Shown here in pieces: positions 49,135-62,507 of a stretch of 64,000 bases of DNA (position 1 is the stretch's first letter; every line of letters begins with the position of its first letter). The notes under the pieces were generated by a model. It saw only the letters and a program-made list of their open reading frames with translations, did not search any database and was not told where the DNA came from. The stretch lies in contig OX597814.1 in the NCBI GenBank assembly GCA_951406725.2, positions 79,298,001 through 79,362,000 of the forward strand, written 5' to 3'. A program made the translations under genes and the position numbers. This stretch comes from Octopus vulgaris (taxonomy: Eukaryota).

Positions 49135-49800
49135 TGTTGGTGATGACGGAATTTGATTTTCAACCATTGCATTTATACATCAATTAGGTGTATGTTGTCT
49201 GAGTTTATTTCAGTTATGTGTTGTATTAGGAGTTTTGCTTCCAACATTAATGGTCGATATTCATGGAAAATTCTGCAGACTATTGAAGTGTTGTTCACCA
49301 GTGTTTTCTTGTCTAGTTTTGTTTTGTGTTGTTCGGTGTAGTACATCGCAGTTCCTTCATATTGTGAGTGGGGAACCGGGGAGAATGTGTCGTTCTTGTA
49401 TAGTCAATTTCAGAGCTGGAGTCATGAAGCTTACAGATTTCACTTTTAAAGGAAAAATTATAAACTACACTGGTTTTAGTAGCTTGCTTACATATTTGTG
49501 ATTATTTATAAAACGTTTTTAATTTCATCTTTGGTAGTATATTAGTAGTTTTAGTTTATAGTTTAATATAATACATTTCTGTTCTGTTTTAGGAAGTTTT
49601 TTTTTTGACAATGTGTTCTATTTTCTAGTTAGTATGTATTTGTTCCATATAATGCACTTTATACGTGGTTCAAGTATTTTTAACTGGTGCTTTGCTGGAT
49701 GTATTTGTTGCCTGTGTTATATATTTTAGCTTGTTAGTTTGAGGGAATAACCGTTGTTGTTCTATTGTGTCGAATTCTTTTATGCAGTATTCGTTATATT
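49135..49800 (-). mobile_element. highly degenerate PLE C-terminal (GIY-YIG side) remnant
   Basis: Minus strand K/N/I-rich frames with TNTY..IEHI, NYKT.NILPKMK and C..YY...H-like pattern; family call is inference from weak motif resemblance. Confidence 0.35.
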
Positions 49801-50029
49801 ATATCTTATTTAGCTAGTGCGTCGTTTGACTTTGGTGGAATTGATACGGTATCAGATTAACGACCGAAGTGTCTACAAAACGGTGATATGATGTCTTTGA
49901 ACATGACATGAAGCATGGGACTACAAGAAGATACAACATATCTCTTTAACCAAATCTTATCGTGAGCAAGCCAACTCTCGCTCTGCTACTAACTTAATAA
50001 GAAAGTTGAGTCAACTTCAAATTTGCGAT

Positions 50030-50530
50030 TTACCGTTTTTAAATTACACTGTGGAACGCGAATATTGTCCTTGGATAACAACTGTTATTTCCTCTTTGCT
50101 TGCCCTTAGAAAGTACGAAAAGTGGCTAATATTTCCTTCAAACTTTACTTTTGTTACATTTATTCAAGCCCTAAAGAATCCCTCTTAACTCATGGCTATA
50201 ACGCTCCCCTATTACTCTTGCTCATGGTCAGACATGCATATATTTTCAGTCACTAAGAGACATGCTCAAGGGATTAGGGTCAAGCAACTGACAAGCAAAT
50301 CTGTGATGTTGAGCAGAATATTTGCTCTAATGATATTTCTGCTACAACAGTTCAGCGCTGAATCTGTCTGAAATGTAATGGAAAATAGGTCAGTTTCAAA
50401 ACATTGATGTTCAGGTCTCAAAATCAAAGTTTAAAGGAAATAGTAGTCATTTCGTTTGATTTCTAGATAGAAGCAAATGTGAAGTAACACTTACTGACCA
50501 AAGACCAAAAAAAAACTTGTTGCACAGTAT
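50030..50530. mobile_element. palindromic MITE-like repeat, copy 2
   Basis: Homologous to 11890-12460 (both translate LRKYEKWLIFPSNFTFVT in the ORF track). Confidence 0.75.
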
Positions 50531-53500
50531 CTTTGGTGTAAATGGACGTCCTTTTGCTGACCTACTGTATTATAGGGACATAAACAAACCAACACCGAGT
50601 GTCAAACGGCATAGGGAAAACACACACATACACACATGTACAAACATACACACGCAAACATGCTCATGCACTTATACAAGGGGCTTCTCCACCGTTTCTG
50701 TCTACTCACAAGACATTGGTCAGCACGGGGATATAGTAGAAGATACTTGTCTAAACTTCCACGCACTTCCACTGAACTCGAAACCAAGCGAGCTTCTTAA
50801 CCACACAACCATGTTTGCACCTATTCTTAACCACGCAGCCTTGCATTTGCAGAGTTGCTTTCCAGCTTTTGCGATGAGTTCGTTATGACGTGTATATCTT
50901 TTACATATCTACTGTATATCGGATATCTCAGTTTCGATTTATTTTCTGATGTCAATGGCCGATTATGGAAAAAGAGAAAGAAACGCTTCCGTCGTGCATT
51001 ATTAATTAACCACGTTATCAGCGTATATAATATAAATTAGTTACAAACCAAGCGAGTTCTTTATCTTCTGCATACCTAATTTGCATAGTGGTCATCGAGA
51101 TAGTACTTCTGTTGTACAGCACACTTGTAATTTATTTAGTATGTGCGCTAGTAACGAAATCATTAGTAGAGAACACATCTCATTCCTACAGGATTTATTT
51201 CTTTAAAAAGACGTGGCTGTGTGGTAAAAAGCTTACTTTTCATGCTTACTTCAGTCCCACTGCGTGGCAATTTGGGCAAGTGTGTTCTCTTATAGCCTCG
51301 GGCCAACCAAAGAAGAAAATATGAACGATAGAGCGGTAGCAGCGGATCATAGTAGTAGCAAGTAGCAGCACCGAAACCCTGGACAGGGAATCACGCGGCT
51401 CGTCCGTCGATAGCTTAACAAGATTTGTAGTTATCTTTACTCACTTTTCTGATCGAGTGCTTTTCTACTTATACACACCTCTAATAACATAACGTTAAGC
51501 GTTGCAGTACAATCTACGTAACTTTTTGTATGTTAAATAGTACTATTCTCGAAGTATTATAGCACTATAGCAGTTTAGTGTTATTGAGTAGGGTGTATAA
51601 CGTCCTGTCACCTGTTTACATGGTCCAGTTTGGCTGTTGTAGTTCAGTAATTTATTTTAAATTTTTCCTTGTGTCACTCATCCCTAAAAAAAGACTTGAA
51701 TGGTTTTTATTTATCTTACATAATTATGAAACCTTGTATTAATGTAAAAGATGGTTTCATGTCATCAAGTAACGTATTTCGAACTGTTGGGATAACACTG
51801 AAGGTCGATTCTTTATATTTCTGTATATCTAAATTACATGTTTCGACTCTCATTCAAGTAATAGCCTTCTTGTTTTCTTTTGTGACATATTCCAGACTAT
51901 ATTATCCAGTATATCTATTCGTTTTAATATGATAATGTAGCATTTGAAATTGTTTCCCTAAGATATCTCTGATCTGTAATCAACGACATTCCATTCATAA
52001 CCATCCCATTTTTTGTAGAGGAGGACTACATTAGCCAGACTAATCTTTTTTTATTTAAGACTATGGCGGGTGACTCAAAGGAGATTTAGATGTTAAGCTG
52101 ATCGACTATTTAGAGATTTCTTCCTTTGGCGTAAAATTTGAAACATATTTAGCTGCATAATTTAGCGGGTTGAGGAAACGGATGGAAACGCTTTCGTTGG
52201 AACAGAACAACAAGTAATGCACTTTGGCTGAGTTCACATTGTCCGCCTTTTTGGTAGTACCTATCACAAAATAGACTGAAACACTATACCTGTATGATTT
52301 ATAACTGCATAATGAAACGTGCAGTATAGATGTCAGCTAAGCGGAAGCATAGTATAATGGGATAACAGACCTGCCTCGTCGTTCGAGGCCGACTGTATAC
52401 ATGCTATAAATCTGCTCTTGTAGAGTTGATCTGGGGAAAATCAAGTTTCCATGTAGTAGTTTTCACTAGAGTGCTTCCCCCTTTACTTGCTTTTTCCTGA
52501 TGTACTCGCGCTTCTGAGATGTTAAACCGATGAGAAACGACTCAGTCTATGGCGAGTCTTCATGGTATGAAGATTTGAGTAGTATTCACCATTACAAGTT
52601 AATGACTCACTGCTATTTAGAGTCGGTTGTTTGAGAGTTAACTAATATAATGCAGTGCCTTTGATAAATTACGAATGCTCGGTCTTTCAACAGGCTGTCT
52701 CATTGACACTGTTAACTTTGCCAACTTTGCCAACTTTGCCAGCTGAGTCCTTTATATATATGTGGTATAGTATAAACGTTAATCGAGTCTTCTCTCAAAT
52801 GGAGCGCAGATAAATATTATGAAAACTGATTAAGAAGACACAGCGGTGACTGGATATATCGTTCCCGGAAAGTGTGAAAACATTAATCGATTCCTCTTTA
52901 TTTCAGTCAATGATTGTTAAATATGATAATGAAGGAGAAATAAACGCTGCCACACGCGAGGATTTTGAAGATTGCAAATATGCTGCAACGTTATCAAGGA
53001 ATTTAATTAACAAGGGAATTTTAAGTTGATCCTTAGATTCTCGTGCTTAAAGCGTATGTATAAAATAAGCACGAACGCAGATACGATCGAAGACCAAATC
53101 AATAAATTTACAAGAAAACATTTCCTTTCTCTAAAGGATGTACACAATAGTAATCAGAGCAGTATTATTAGGGGACAGTGACTCATTGTTATTGTAATGT
53201 GTAGGTTATTTAAAGTGCTAATATCAAACCTTGATTGTATGAATATTAACACACAAATAAATGCCATATTTTACAAGGAAATCATGCAAATAGAAACTTA
53301 TCACGATGTGCATATGCAATGTCTCTGTAAAAGTATTCCAGAATTGAAAGATACATATTATATTCACTCATAAAGAAACAACACATAATCTCATAGTAAC
53401 GTGTTTAAATAATTCCTTTTTCAATTCTTCAGTGGAAGAAAACTAATTCTTTAGTTCTTTAGCTTGTGTAAGCAATTACGGCCAGGAACATAGTGGATCA

Positions 53501-53574
53501 TCGATGAAAATGTTTTCGAAATTTCAGATTTTATTATCTTCATATTTTCCAGAAGTTAAAGTTGGTTGTTTGGT

Positions 53575-54245
53575 TGAAATGGCAGCTGAAATTATAGACT
53601 GTTCACCAAAATACCATTTATTTCGTCTCTTAATATTCTGAATTCAAAACTTATCGAGTTTGAACTTAGCTGTTGCTTTTCACTTTTTCAATGTCAAATC
53701 AATAAATACCAATATTCTTCTGGTATTTATTAAATTCGTCATAATTATTTTTCTACAGGAAATCGGTGAGCTTGGAGAATCGTTTTGGGCGTCGAGTGTT
53801 TTGAAGTATTTTACCGCTTCTTTACGTTCCGAGTTAAAATTCTACCGAGGGACTTAGCCTTTTATTCTTTCGCAGTTGGTAAAATAAGTACCAGTTGAGC
53901 ACTGGGGTGGGTGTAATAGACTTGCCCTCTCTCACTAAAATATTGCTGGCCTTGTGCTAAAATTTGAAGTCATTGTTTCTGTACAAGTGCAGTCATCGCA
54001 TCTGGTGAATAGAAAGCATTATTTTATTACAATTAGGGATGTGAGCTGACAAAATCATTAGGGCATCGGGAAAATGCTGTGTTCCGGGTCTTTGTATTGA
54101 GTTCAAATCCACCGAAGCCATCTCTGCCTGTCATCCCGCCAGGGTCGATAAAATAACGTACTAGTCAAGTGCTAGGTTTGATGTAATCGACCAATTCCTG
54201 CCTCCCAAAGTAACCGATTTTATGTCTAAATCACAGGTCATTATT
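53575..54245 (+). mobile_element. three tandem old SINE A copies (about 53575-53710, 53760-53975, 54035-54245)
   Basis: Repeated GAG.TCAAA.TC..CCGA.G...T.GCCT.TCATC...GG.TCGATAAAATAAGTAC.AGT..AG..CT.GG.T.GATGTAATCGAC. Confidence 0.75.
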
Positions 54246-54322
54246 TTAAATTAATCCGATAAACTCAGACAGTTTGTGCCATAAAAAATTTCCATTTGTT
54301 GCAGATAGGTTTTTCTTCTAAA

Positions 54323-54325
<3 letters not shown>

Positions 54326-54418
<93 letters not shown>
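54326..54418. repeat. (TG)n microsatellite
   Basis: About 46 units. Confidence 0.97.
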
Positions 54419-54419
<1 letters not shown>

Positions 54420-55739
54420 TGGAGTATTTCACATACTTCATTGCAACAGTTTATTTTCTTAAAGTACACATATTCCTTGTTAAAAAGTAGTCTAACAACT
54501 CCTACCGATATATGTCGAAATTATTTTGTACAAAATTGCTACGTTGTTAAGGGACTTAACTAATTTGCAAATTCCTCCGGTTATCTGATTTCAAATTAAC
54601 TCAAAATTGACCCAGAATTGATGTAAAGGATAAGGTTGCTTGAAATCTGAGCAAAATTGATGCAGATCAAGATCAATATAATAACGAATAGATAATTATA
54701 TTGTTACTGGGGACTGTTTTCAACATCCTTCTCTCTTGAAGCTGGGAAAAGGTAAGTCGATATTGAATTCGTCCATCTTAGTCTTAAATTTACCATTTTA
54801 TCGACTATCCAGTAAATTCTGTCGAAATTCTGGTGTCATACAACCATGGAATGCAATTCTCTTACACTTTATTTATCTATTTATTTAATGGCTGATAAGG
54901 GAGGTATTGACTAAATTCTTATTGGAATCTAGTATCATACTAATCTCACAAAAATAAAATCGATTTTCCCTGTCAAAATCGTATATGATTTATCTAACAG
55001 TAGCCCGATAATATTACTTAATTTTTACACATCAGATTCATCCATTAAAAAGTATTAGCTCCCTTGACTTCTGGAGGTTGCTGGCTTGCTTAGTTATGTT
55101 CACGATAAGATTTGAACGAAGCGCTGATTTCATTGGTTTCTTCTTGTAGTCCCATGGTTCGTGTGATGTTCAAAGACATCATAACACTGGTTTGTAGACC
55201 CTTTGGTCGTTAATCCGATACCGTATCAATTCCACCAAAGTCAGTTTTATCTCTCTGTTTCTTTCTTTCTTTCTTTCTTTCTCCCTCTCTCTCCCCCTCT
55301 CTCTCTTACTAACTATATAGAAAGCTTGAGTTGGCTTATATTATGTATATCAATCCTCTGCAATAGCACATCTCCCTGAATATACTGGGACGAAGCATAG
55401 TCAACTGAATTGCCCCAGTATATGACGTTGCTAGAAATAGCAAGCAAATCTCTTACTCCCTCTCTCTTCCATTCTCTCCCCATCTCTCGCTCTCTAGAAA
55501 GAAAAAAATGGCTTATTGGTTAATGTAGTTACACTGATTGCTAAAAGTGGTTACACTGTTTGCTAAAAGTCGTTACTCTGCTAAAATTGAAATGGGATGG
55601 TCAGATATGAAATATTCTAAATATTATGTTTGTATGATTAAAGGATTTTTATTTTATTAAACTCTGAAGTATGGAAGGTCGACCCAGTATTTCACATCAG
55701 AATGTAAGGATTTGTAACTAAATGAAGGAATCTCCCATC

Positions 55740-55985
55740 AAAGACGACGTATGAGTGTTCAGTTTCTACTGAACGACCTTCACGAATGACTTGTTTATAG
55801 TGACGAAATGTATGTGCTGAACAGGTGCACAGTGTACCATATATCAGGTGTCAAAGTGATCGCAAAGCAATATGAGATGAAGTGTCTCGCTCAAGAACAC
55901 AACGCACTAACCGGTCCTGGAACTGAAACCACAATCTCGCGATCATGTGTGCAACACCCTATCCGCTAGGCCATGCACCTTCACG
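55740..55985 (-). mobile_element. SINE C, tail variant 3
   Basis: GAAGTGTCT.GCTCAAGAACACAACGCAC..ACCGGTCC.GGAA.TGAAACCAC.ATCTCGCGATC.TG.GTGCAACACCCTA.CC.CTAGGCCATGC.CCTTC. Confidence 0.82.
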
Positions 55986-56014
55986 TGTAATTAAGTCACT
56001 GTATTTTAACCTTC

Positions 56015-56315
56015 CGTGGAAGTACATGGCCTAGTGGTTAGAGTAGCGGACACGCGGTCGAGGTGGGTTCGAATCTCAGACCGGGTGATGTGTGTGTTTA
56101 TGAGCGAAACACCCAAGCTTCACGTGGCTCCAGCAGAAGGTAATGGCGAACTTCTGCTGACTGTTTCGCCACAACTTTCGCTCACTCTTTCCTCCTGCAT
56201 CTTGCAGCTCACCTGCGACGGACCGGCGTCCCGTCTAGGTGGGGAACCTATACGCTAAGGAAACCGGGAAACTGGCCCTAATGAGCCAGGCATGGCTCGA
56301 GAAGGAACAAACAAT
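56015..56315 (+). mobile_element. SINE C-related copy with V-domain-like block, tail variant 4
   Basis: CATGGCCTAGTGGTTAGAG.AGCGGAC.CGCGGTCGAGG..GGTTCGAATCTCAGACCGGG...GAGCGAAACAC...CCTGCGACGGACCGGCGTCCCGTC.AGG..GGAAACCGGGAAAC.GGCCC.ATGAGCCAGGCATGGCTCGAGAAGGAACAAACAA. Confidence 0.85.
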
Positions 56316-56777
56316 TTTAAACTTCCACTACCATTACACTCAGCCACGCCCGACAAATTACTGACTTCTTTAGTATCATGAATGATTAGTGGTATCGCGG
56401 AAATCACACGCTTTATAACTGATCTTTATTTCAATTTTAGTTTTGATACATGAATTCATAAATCTAGGTGTAGGCATGGGAGGATGGTTAAGAATATCGA
56501 TATGCGGCCACGTGGCTTCGGGTGCAGTCCCACTGCACAGTATCTTGGGCAAGTGTCTTGTACTACAGCATCGGCTCAACCAATACATTTTGACTGAATT
56601 TGGCGCGCACACATGTATGTATGTCTCTTCCGTATTTAATCATTTAAATTTCCTCTGAAGGAGGAGCTGATTTCTAACGAAGATACAAAGCTCCCTCTTT
56701 GGAATGCAGATTACGAAAACAACGTCATGTTTTAAACCCGAGAAAAGTCTTGCATACTTTTACTGTTCTGCTTACAA

Positions 56778-56808
<31 letters not shown>

Positions 56809-58389
56809 TGTATGTATGTATGTATGTATGTATGTGTGTATTGTCCACATTGTGACAATACATGTGGTGGTTCAATAAGCCAGGCTCATGCTCATATCCA
56901 TATTAATGTTGATGGCCTGAGGACTCACATGAGGTGTCATTTGGTGAAGTGAATGGATTGTAAACATTGGTGAATGGTAGTAATAGTAATGTGAATGTGT
57001 TGCTGATTGTTTGGTTGGCTGGACGTGTTTTTGTTATTTCGCTGAACACTCATACGTCATCTTCGACGGGAGAGTCCCTCATCTATATATGCTCATATAT
57101 GTGTTTGTTCCTAGTCATGGGCGACCAGTGGACCGAGGTATTTTCTGAATGGCAAGCCTAATGGGAGATTACTTTCATTTTTTACAGTTGTGCAGAGGCC
57201 TGATGATGAGTAATATCTCGTGCGGCCTGAGAAAAGTTGCTTGTGCCTGCTTTAGTCGAAGAAATAGAGCCGAATATTTATTTCTAAGTTTTGCACCTAT
57301 TCTTTCGGATTTTTTTGCTGAACCGCTAAGTTATGTGGTTGTCAAGCTGTGTATATAAGGACAAACACTAAGACACTTTACTTCAGCAAGGCTGCTGTCT
57401 ACTAACTGATACAAGTAAAAAGCAAACGACGAAGGATATTGTTTCATTATGTTTTCGATTTCGTTCCATAATCGAAATTATTGAAAGTGTAATACTCAAA
57501 CTTTTTCGTTTGTCTTAAAAATTTTTGATTATATCCTCGATTTTGTTTCATAGTTAAAAAGGGCTGTTAAAACCTTCGAACACATATCATGACATATAGA
57601 ATAATAATTATTATAGATACAATCTGCTTTAGAGTGTCTTTTGAAAAATGTTTCTTTTCAATGAGTGAAATGTCTTCAGACTGACTATACAGTATTACAG
57701 ACGAAATCTAGCTTTCCCACATTTCTTAATATAATCTATACTGATAATCTCATTAATACAAGATCTATTCACGCTTCTCAAGACTATTGATTCATAACTT
57801 TTATGTAATCAATCCTAGTCATTTTCATTTCCTTCCGTTTTATTTTCCTTCCGCTAATAATAAATTTGTCAATAATGAGCTGATGTTTGGGACCTCATTG
57901 TGTTTCTTTTGTTCACCTAACTCATATCGCCTTCCAACTGCCTGCCTGCCTACCTGCCAGCCTGCCTGCCTGCCTACCTGCCAGCCTGCCTGTCTATCTC
58001 TACCTATCGAACAGCATTTCTTTTTGCTTCGAGATGTTTCCATATGTTATCTGCAATCATAGATATCATTAATTTCGCATGATAAGCACAAGTATTTATT
58101 GGATAATAATTAATGACTACGTCCTTATTTCAGTCGACTGCTTTGAATGAGAATCGTAATTTCTCTTTCTTCTCATTCATAAATCACTCCTCCTCGCCAG
58201 CACCATTCTCTTCATCTCACTCACTTTCGCTTCTTATCTTTCTCTCCATATGTATTTTCTCTATATGTATCTATCTCTGCTTAGAGTGATAGTAAGCATT
58301 TGGTTTATTATTTCCAATGTATTACATTTATTATATTTTCCATCAATGTTCTTCTTCACCGCTATAACAGTAACGTTGTGTGTCTTAAT

Positions 58390-58620
<231 letters not shown>

Positions 58621-58905
58621 AACTCGAATGTAGATCCTAAAAACAGAAACAAAGATCTGGAAATAGAGGTAACTCGAATGTGGAGCCTAAAAACCGAAAT
58701 AATTCCTATCATAGTAGGCGCATTAGGTATGATAAAAAAGACATTTAGACAAATACATAACAAAACCACCAGGACTTACAAGTACATATAACATATAGTA
58801 CTACTAGGCACCGCACACATCCTACTTAAAACACTTTCAGTACAGTGAAAAAAAGAGCACCATTACAAACCACAGCACATGCTCAAGGTACACAGACCCC
58901 ACTTG
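58621..58905 (+). mobile_element. RLE (R4/Dong-like) 3' end
   Basis: NKDLEIEVTRMWSLKTEIIPIIVGALGMIKK../..IVLLGTAHILLKTLSVQ* immediately after (AAT)n. Confidence 0.85.
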
Positions 58906-59119
58906 TAAAGAAAAGTGTGGATGTAGAAGAAAGTCTTCTCCTCCAATGATTTTGTCAAAAGGTGAATGGCTAACAAAAATGGTCATACATCGATCTCAAA
59001 CATTCCATGTGGGAAATGGAAATGGAGGTTCAAGGTGTCGCCTCCTCTGTCTTCTTCGTCTAGGTTGGCCTTTATAATTATTTTAATTAATTATTTTAAT
59101 GAATAATAATAATAATAAT

Positions 59120-59307
59120 AATGATTTTCAAATTTTTGCCCCAGGCCAACAATTACACCGATTCCAGTATTCAATTGGCACTTATTGATCCCGAAAAGAT
59201 GAAAGGCAAAGTCGAGCTCGGTAGAATTTGAACTCAGATCATAAAGACGGACGAAATGCCGCTAAACATTTTGCCCGGTGTGTTACTATTACTGAGCACG
59301 CCGCCTC
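59120..59307 (-). mobile_element. SINE A in (AAT)n
   Basis: (AAT)n-GATTTTCAAATTTTTG...GAAAAGATGAAAGGCAAAGTCGA.CTCGG..GAATTTGAACTCAGA...CGCCGCCT-(AAT/AAC). Confidence 0.85.
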
Positions 59308-59639
59308 AGTAATAGTAACAGCAACAACAACAATACTACTAATAATAAAAAATTAAATACAAGGTGAGAAATCATTTGGAAGTGAAGAAGCTATCTAGCA
59401 AACATACAAATTTATTGGAATGCTAGAAATAGCAGTGAAATTTCCTAAAACTTACACTAAATGTCATAAATACGGAGAGTAGGTATTCTATAATATGCCC
59501 CTAGATACTTTCCACGCAAAAAAAAAACAAAAACAAAAACGAAAGAAGGAAACAAACACTCATGCCTGGAATCATTTTGATCGTATGTTTACCTATTCAA
59601 GTGAAGAATCAAAACCACAAATTGTCAAAACACTTAAAA

Positions 59640-60300
59640 CTATGCTGAAAATAGACTTTTGAATGACATACTAAGACGATGGCATATAAAAAGAAAAGAC
59701 ATTGCATAGGCAATACCTGACAAGACTGAACAAAAGAAGAAGGGGATCAAGCAAACACATATGCCGCACTTAGCACATAGCTCAAACCTGAATCCGAAGG
59801 ATATCCTTTTGCGACATAGGACCAAAGCTTTTTACCAGGAACTACCCAAAGCATATGGCGATGCAGAATAAAAAAAAAGTAAAAAAAAAAGAATTTCAGA
59901 ATTTGTTATGAAGAAACAATCAATCATAGTTTTTTTTCTGACTATTTAGTCTTAGCCAAAACAGAATATTATTCACAAGCACGAGAGAGTTGCATTTAAT
60001 GTGCGCTGGACATTATATACCAACGTCTTGAAATACCGATAATAAAGAAATGGTATAAACATACATCTGTAACATCCTCAGAGAATGACAAAGTCCATAC
60101 TCTGGGATATGCCAATCTACACAGACAATGAGATTAAGGAACTTGTCCAGATATTGTTGCTAATGACCATCGGGAAAGGAAACATCTCCTGTTCGATTTA
60201 TCACATTCTACAGAAAATGCGTCTTTCAAAGAAAAGGGAAGTCCAAAGGAAAACCAGAGATAAGCAGAATGGAGAATGGGGGATGAAAATGATTTAAAAG
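59640..60300 (+). mobile_element. old RLE fragment (knuckle to endonuclease)
   Basis: NLNPK/GYPFAT*DQSF; RICYEETINH; LAKTEYIHKHERVAFNVRW; KWYKH; SILWDMPIYTDNEIK..PDIV. Confidence 0.75.
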
Positions 60301-60304
60301 ATTT

Positions 60305-60507
60305 TGCTGTGGCTGCGTGGTAAGAAGTTAGATTCACAACCACATGGATTCAGTTTCAGTCCCATTGCGTGGCACCTTCAACAAATGTCTTCTGCTATAG
60401 CTCCGGGCCGACCAGCGACTCGTGAGTGGATTTCGTACACGGAAACCGAAAGCCCGTCGTACGTACATACATACATGTACATGTATAATCACATGTATGT
60501 ATATATG

Positions 60508-60587
<80 letters not shown>

Positions 60588-60945
60588 TATTTGTCCCCTG
60601 CCAATCCCTGACAATCGGTGTTGGTTTGCAAAGTCGACCTCAGCGGAATTTGAACTCAGAATGTGAAGATGGACGAAATGCCGCTTAGCTTTTTTCACGG
60701 TTTGCTAACGATTCTGCAGCTCACCGCCGGTTTCACATTTTGGCATAAGACCAGAAATTTTTTGGGTAAGGGTATTAATCGATTACATAAACTCCCAGTT
60801 TCAACTGGAGTTTATTTTATCGACTCCGAAAGAATAAAAAGCATAGTCAACCTCGGCGGAATTCGTACTCAGAACGTAAAGACGGACGAAATGCCGCTAA
60901 GTATTTTACCCGGTGTGGTAACGATTCTGCCTGCTCGCCACCCTA
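60305..60945. mobile_element. SINE B (+, 60305-60625) fused to two SINE A copies (-, 60628-60945)
   Basis: B head, internal (TA/TG)n and start of body, switching abruptly at GGTGTTGGTT|TGCAAAGTCGACCTC to minus-strand A. Confidence 0.85.
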
Positions 60946-61109
60946 TAGTGTAGTTATTAATTGGACAAAAGCGATAGTAGCTATGTTAGGAATATTACGA
61001 AAGTATATGGCAGCCTTCATTTAGGGTCACATAGCAGCAGGTGATGAATATGTGATGAATATATAATGAAGAATTAAATAAATTGCACCTCGAAAGTTCC
61101 CATCCGCGG

Positions 61110-61370
61110 CACTATCCAGGAAAGGTTGTTTGTTTGTGGAAGACCAGCAGCCGCCTATGTATACCAATCTCCCTTCTGCATGCTATCAATGTTGTCCGAG
61201 GGAAAGATAAAGTCTGATACAGTTTGGCACCAGTGACGTCGCAACTCGTTTCTACAGCTGGAGCAACGTGAAATAGTGCCCTGCTCAAAAACACAATACA
61301 CAGCCTGATCTGGGAATCGAACTCATAACCTAATGATTGTGAGTTCGACGCTCTAACAACTGAGCCCTCC
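61110..61370 (-). mobile_element. SINE C, tail variant 2
   Basis: GGAAGACCAGCAG.CGCC.ATG.ATACCA..CTCCC...GGCACCAGTGACGTCGCAACTC.TTTCTACAGCTG homologous to 23440-23772. Confidence 0.85.
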
Positions 61371-61644
61371 AATATATTAACTGACGAAATATTCACTCTT
61401 AGATGAAACCAATGAAACAAAATGAAATAAAATATTAAAAAAATATAGAGAAATGAAATAAAGTTTTAAAATAGACAACTTCATGAATAGTTTGACAGAA
61501 AAACAGAGAGATTATATGACAATAAAATACTAGAGTTTGTCGTCCATCCATCCGTCAGTCTGTCCGTCCGCCCGTCCATCCATCCATCCAACCATCCATC
61601 CATCCATTTTTGCCCCTTGTAATTCTTTCCCTCGACATTCTAAT

Positions 61645-61900
61645 TACTTCCGTGACACAGAAGCTATAACTTCTCAATGCAGAGAAATAGTGGCTCAGCC
61701 TAGAGAGATTCCCTTATCTTCGACCTACGCGCCCTGTCGAATAACGTTATCATAGAGTTCCTTCGAGACAACACCATTTCGACTGCTTGTATTCGTGATT
61801 ACACCCTTCCAGTCATTGCCCAACATTCATGACCTTAGGTGAAGATAGGCACGGAAACCGAATTAAAAAAAGTTTGGTCGTGGAAAATAAAATTCGGAAA
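61645..61900 (-). mobile_element. RTE-clade LINE fragment
   Basis: Minus frame PIFT*GHECWAMTGRV*SRIQAVEMVL.RRNSMITLFDRARRSKIRESLG/EPLFLCIEKL; same family as 25895-26285. Confidence 0.72.
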
Positions 61901-62244
61901 ACTAATAGAATTTACTGGTGGTTTCCTTAGACCACATATAAAAACAGATTCTATTAAGAAATTCAGTTACCATCTTAGAGGTGATATATAATGTTATCTT
62001 TGTGGTAGAAAATTGAATTTGACCCATTTGGTCAATGGCTTCAGTTTTATTAACCGGAAGCATAGCAAACGTAACTGCAGGCGTAGGCATAGCAATGTCG
62101 TTAAGAAACTTGCTATGCAAGCACATGGTTTCGGGTTCAGTCCCACTGTGCGGCGCCTCAGACTAGTATCTTTTATTATAGTCCAGAGACGACTAATACC
62201 TAATGAGTGAATTTGGTAGACGGAAACTGCGAAGAAGCTTTTCG

Positions 62245-62324
<80 letters not shown>

Positions 62325-62507
62325 GGAGTGTGTGTATTTATGCATATGTTATCAAAAATATTTTATATCTTTGTTTTTCTCACAGGCGGTGCCAAACTGA
62401 CGCTCTGTAGTCGGCAAAAGGAAAAATACAAAGAATGCGCATGCGCAAAATACAAAATATGAAATGGCGACAATTTACCCGTCGTATCCTGTGGTACGCA
62501 GCTATTG

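Noticed and set aside
52339-52400. GCGGAAGCATAGTATAATGG...GTCGTTCGAGGCCGAC, tRNA-like D- and T-arm hints
   Set aside because: No anticodon arm or acceptor pairing can be built; too weak to call
56020-56085. tRNA gene-like sequence (TGGCCTAGTGGTTAGAG...GGTTCGAATCTC)
   Set aside because: It continues into a SINE body and the acceptor stem does not close; it is a SINE head, as are the other A/B-box matches
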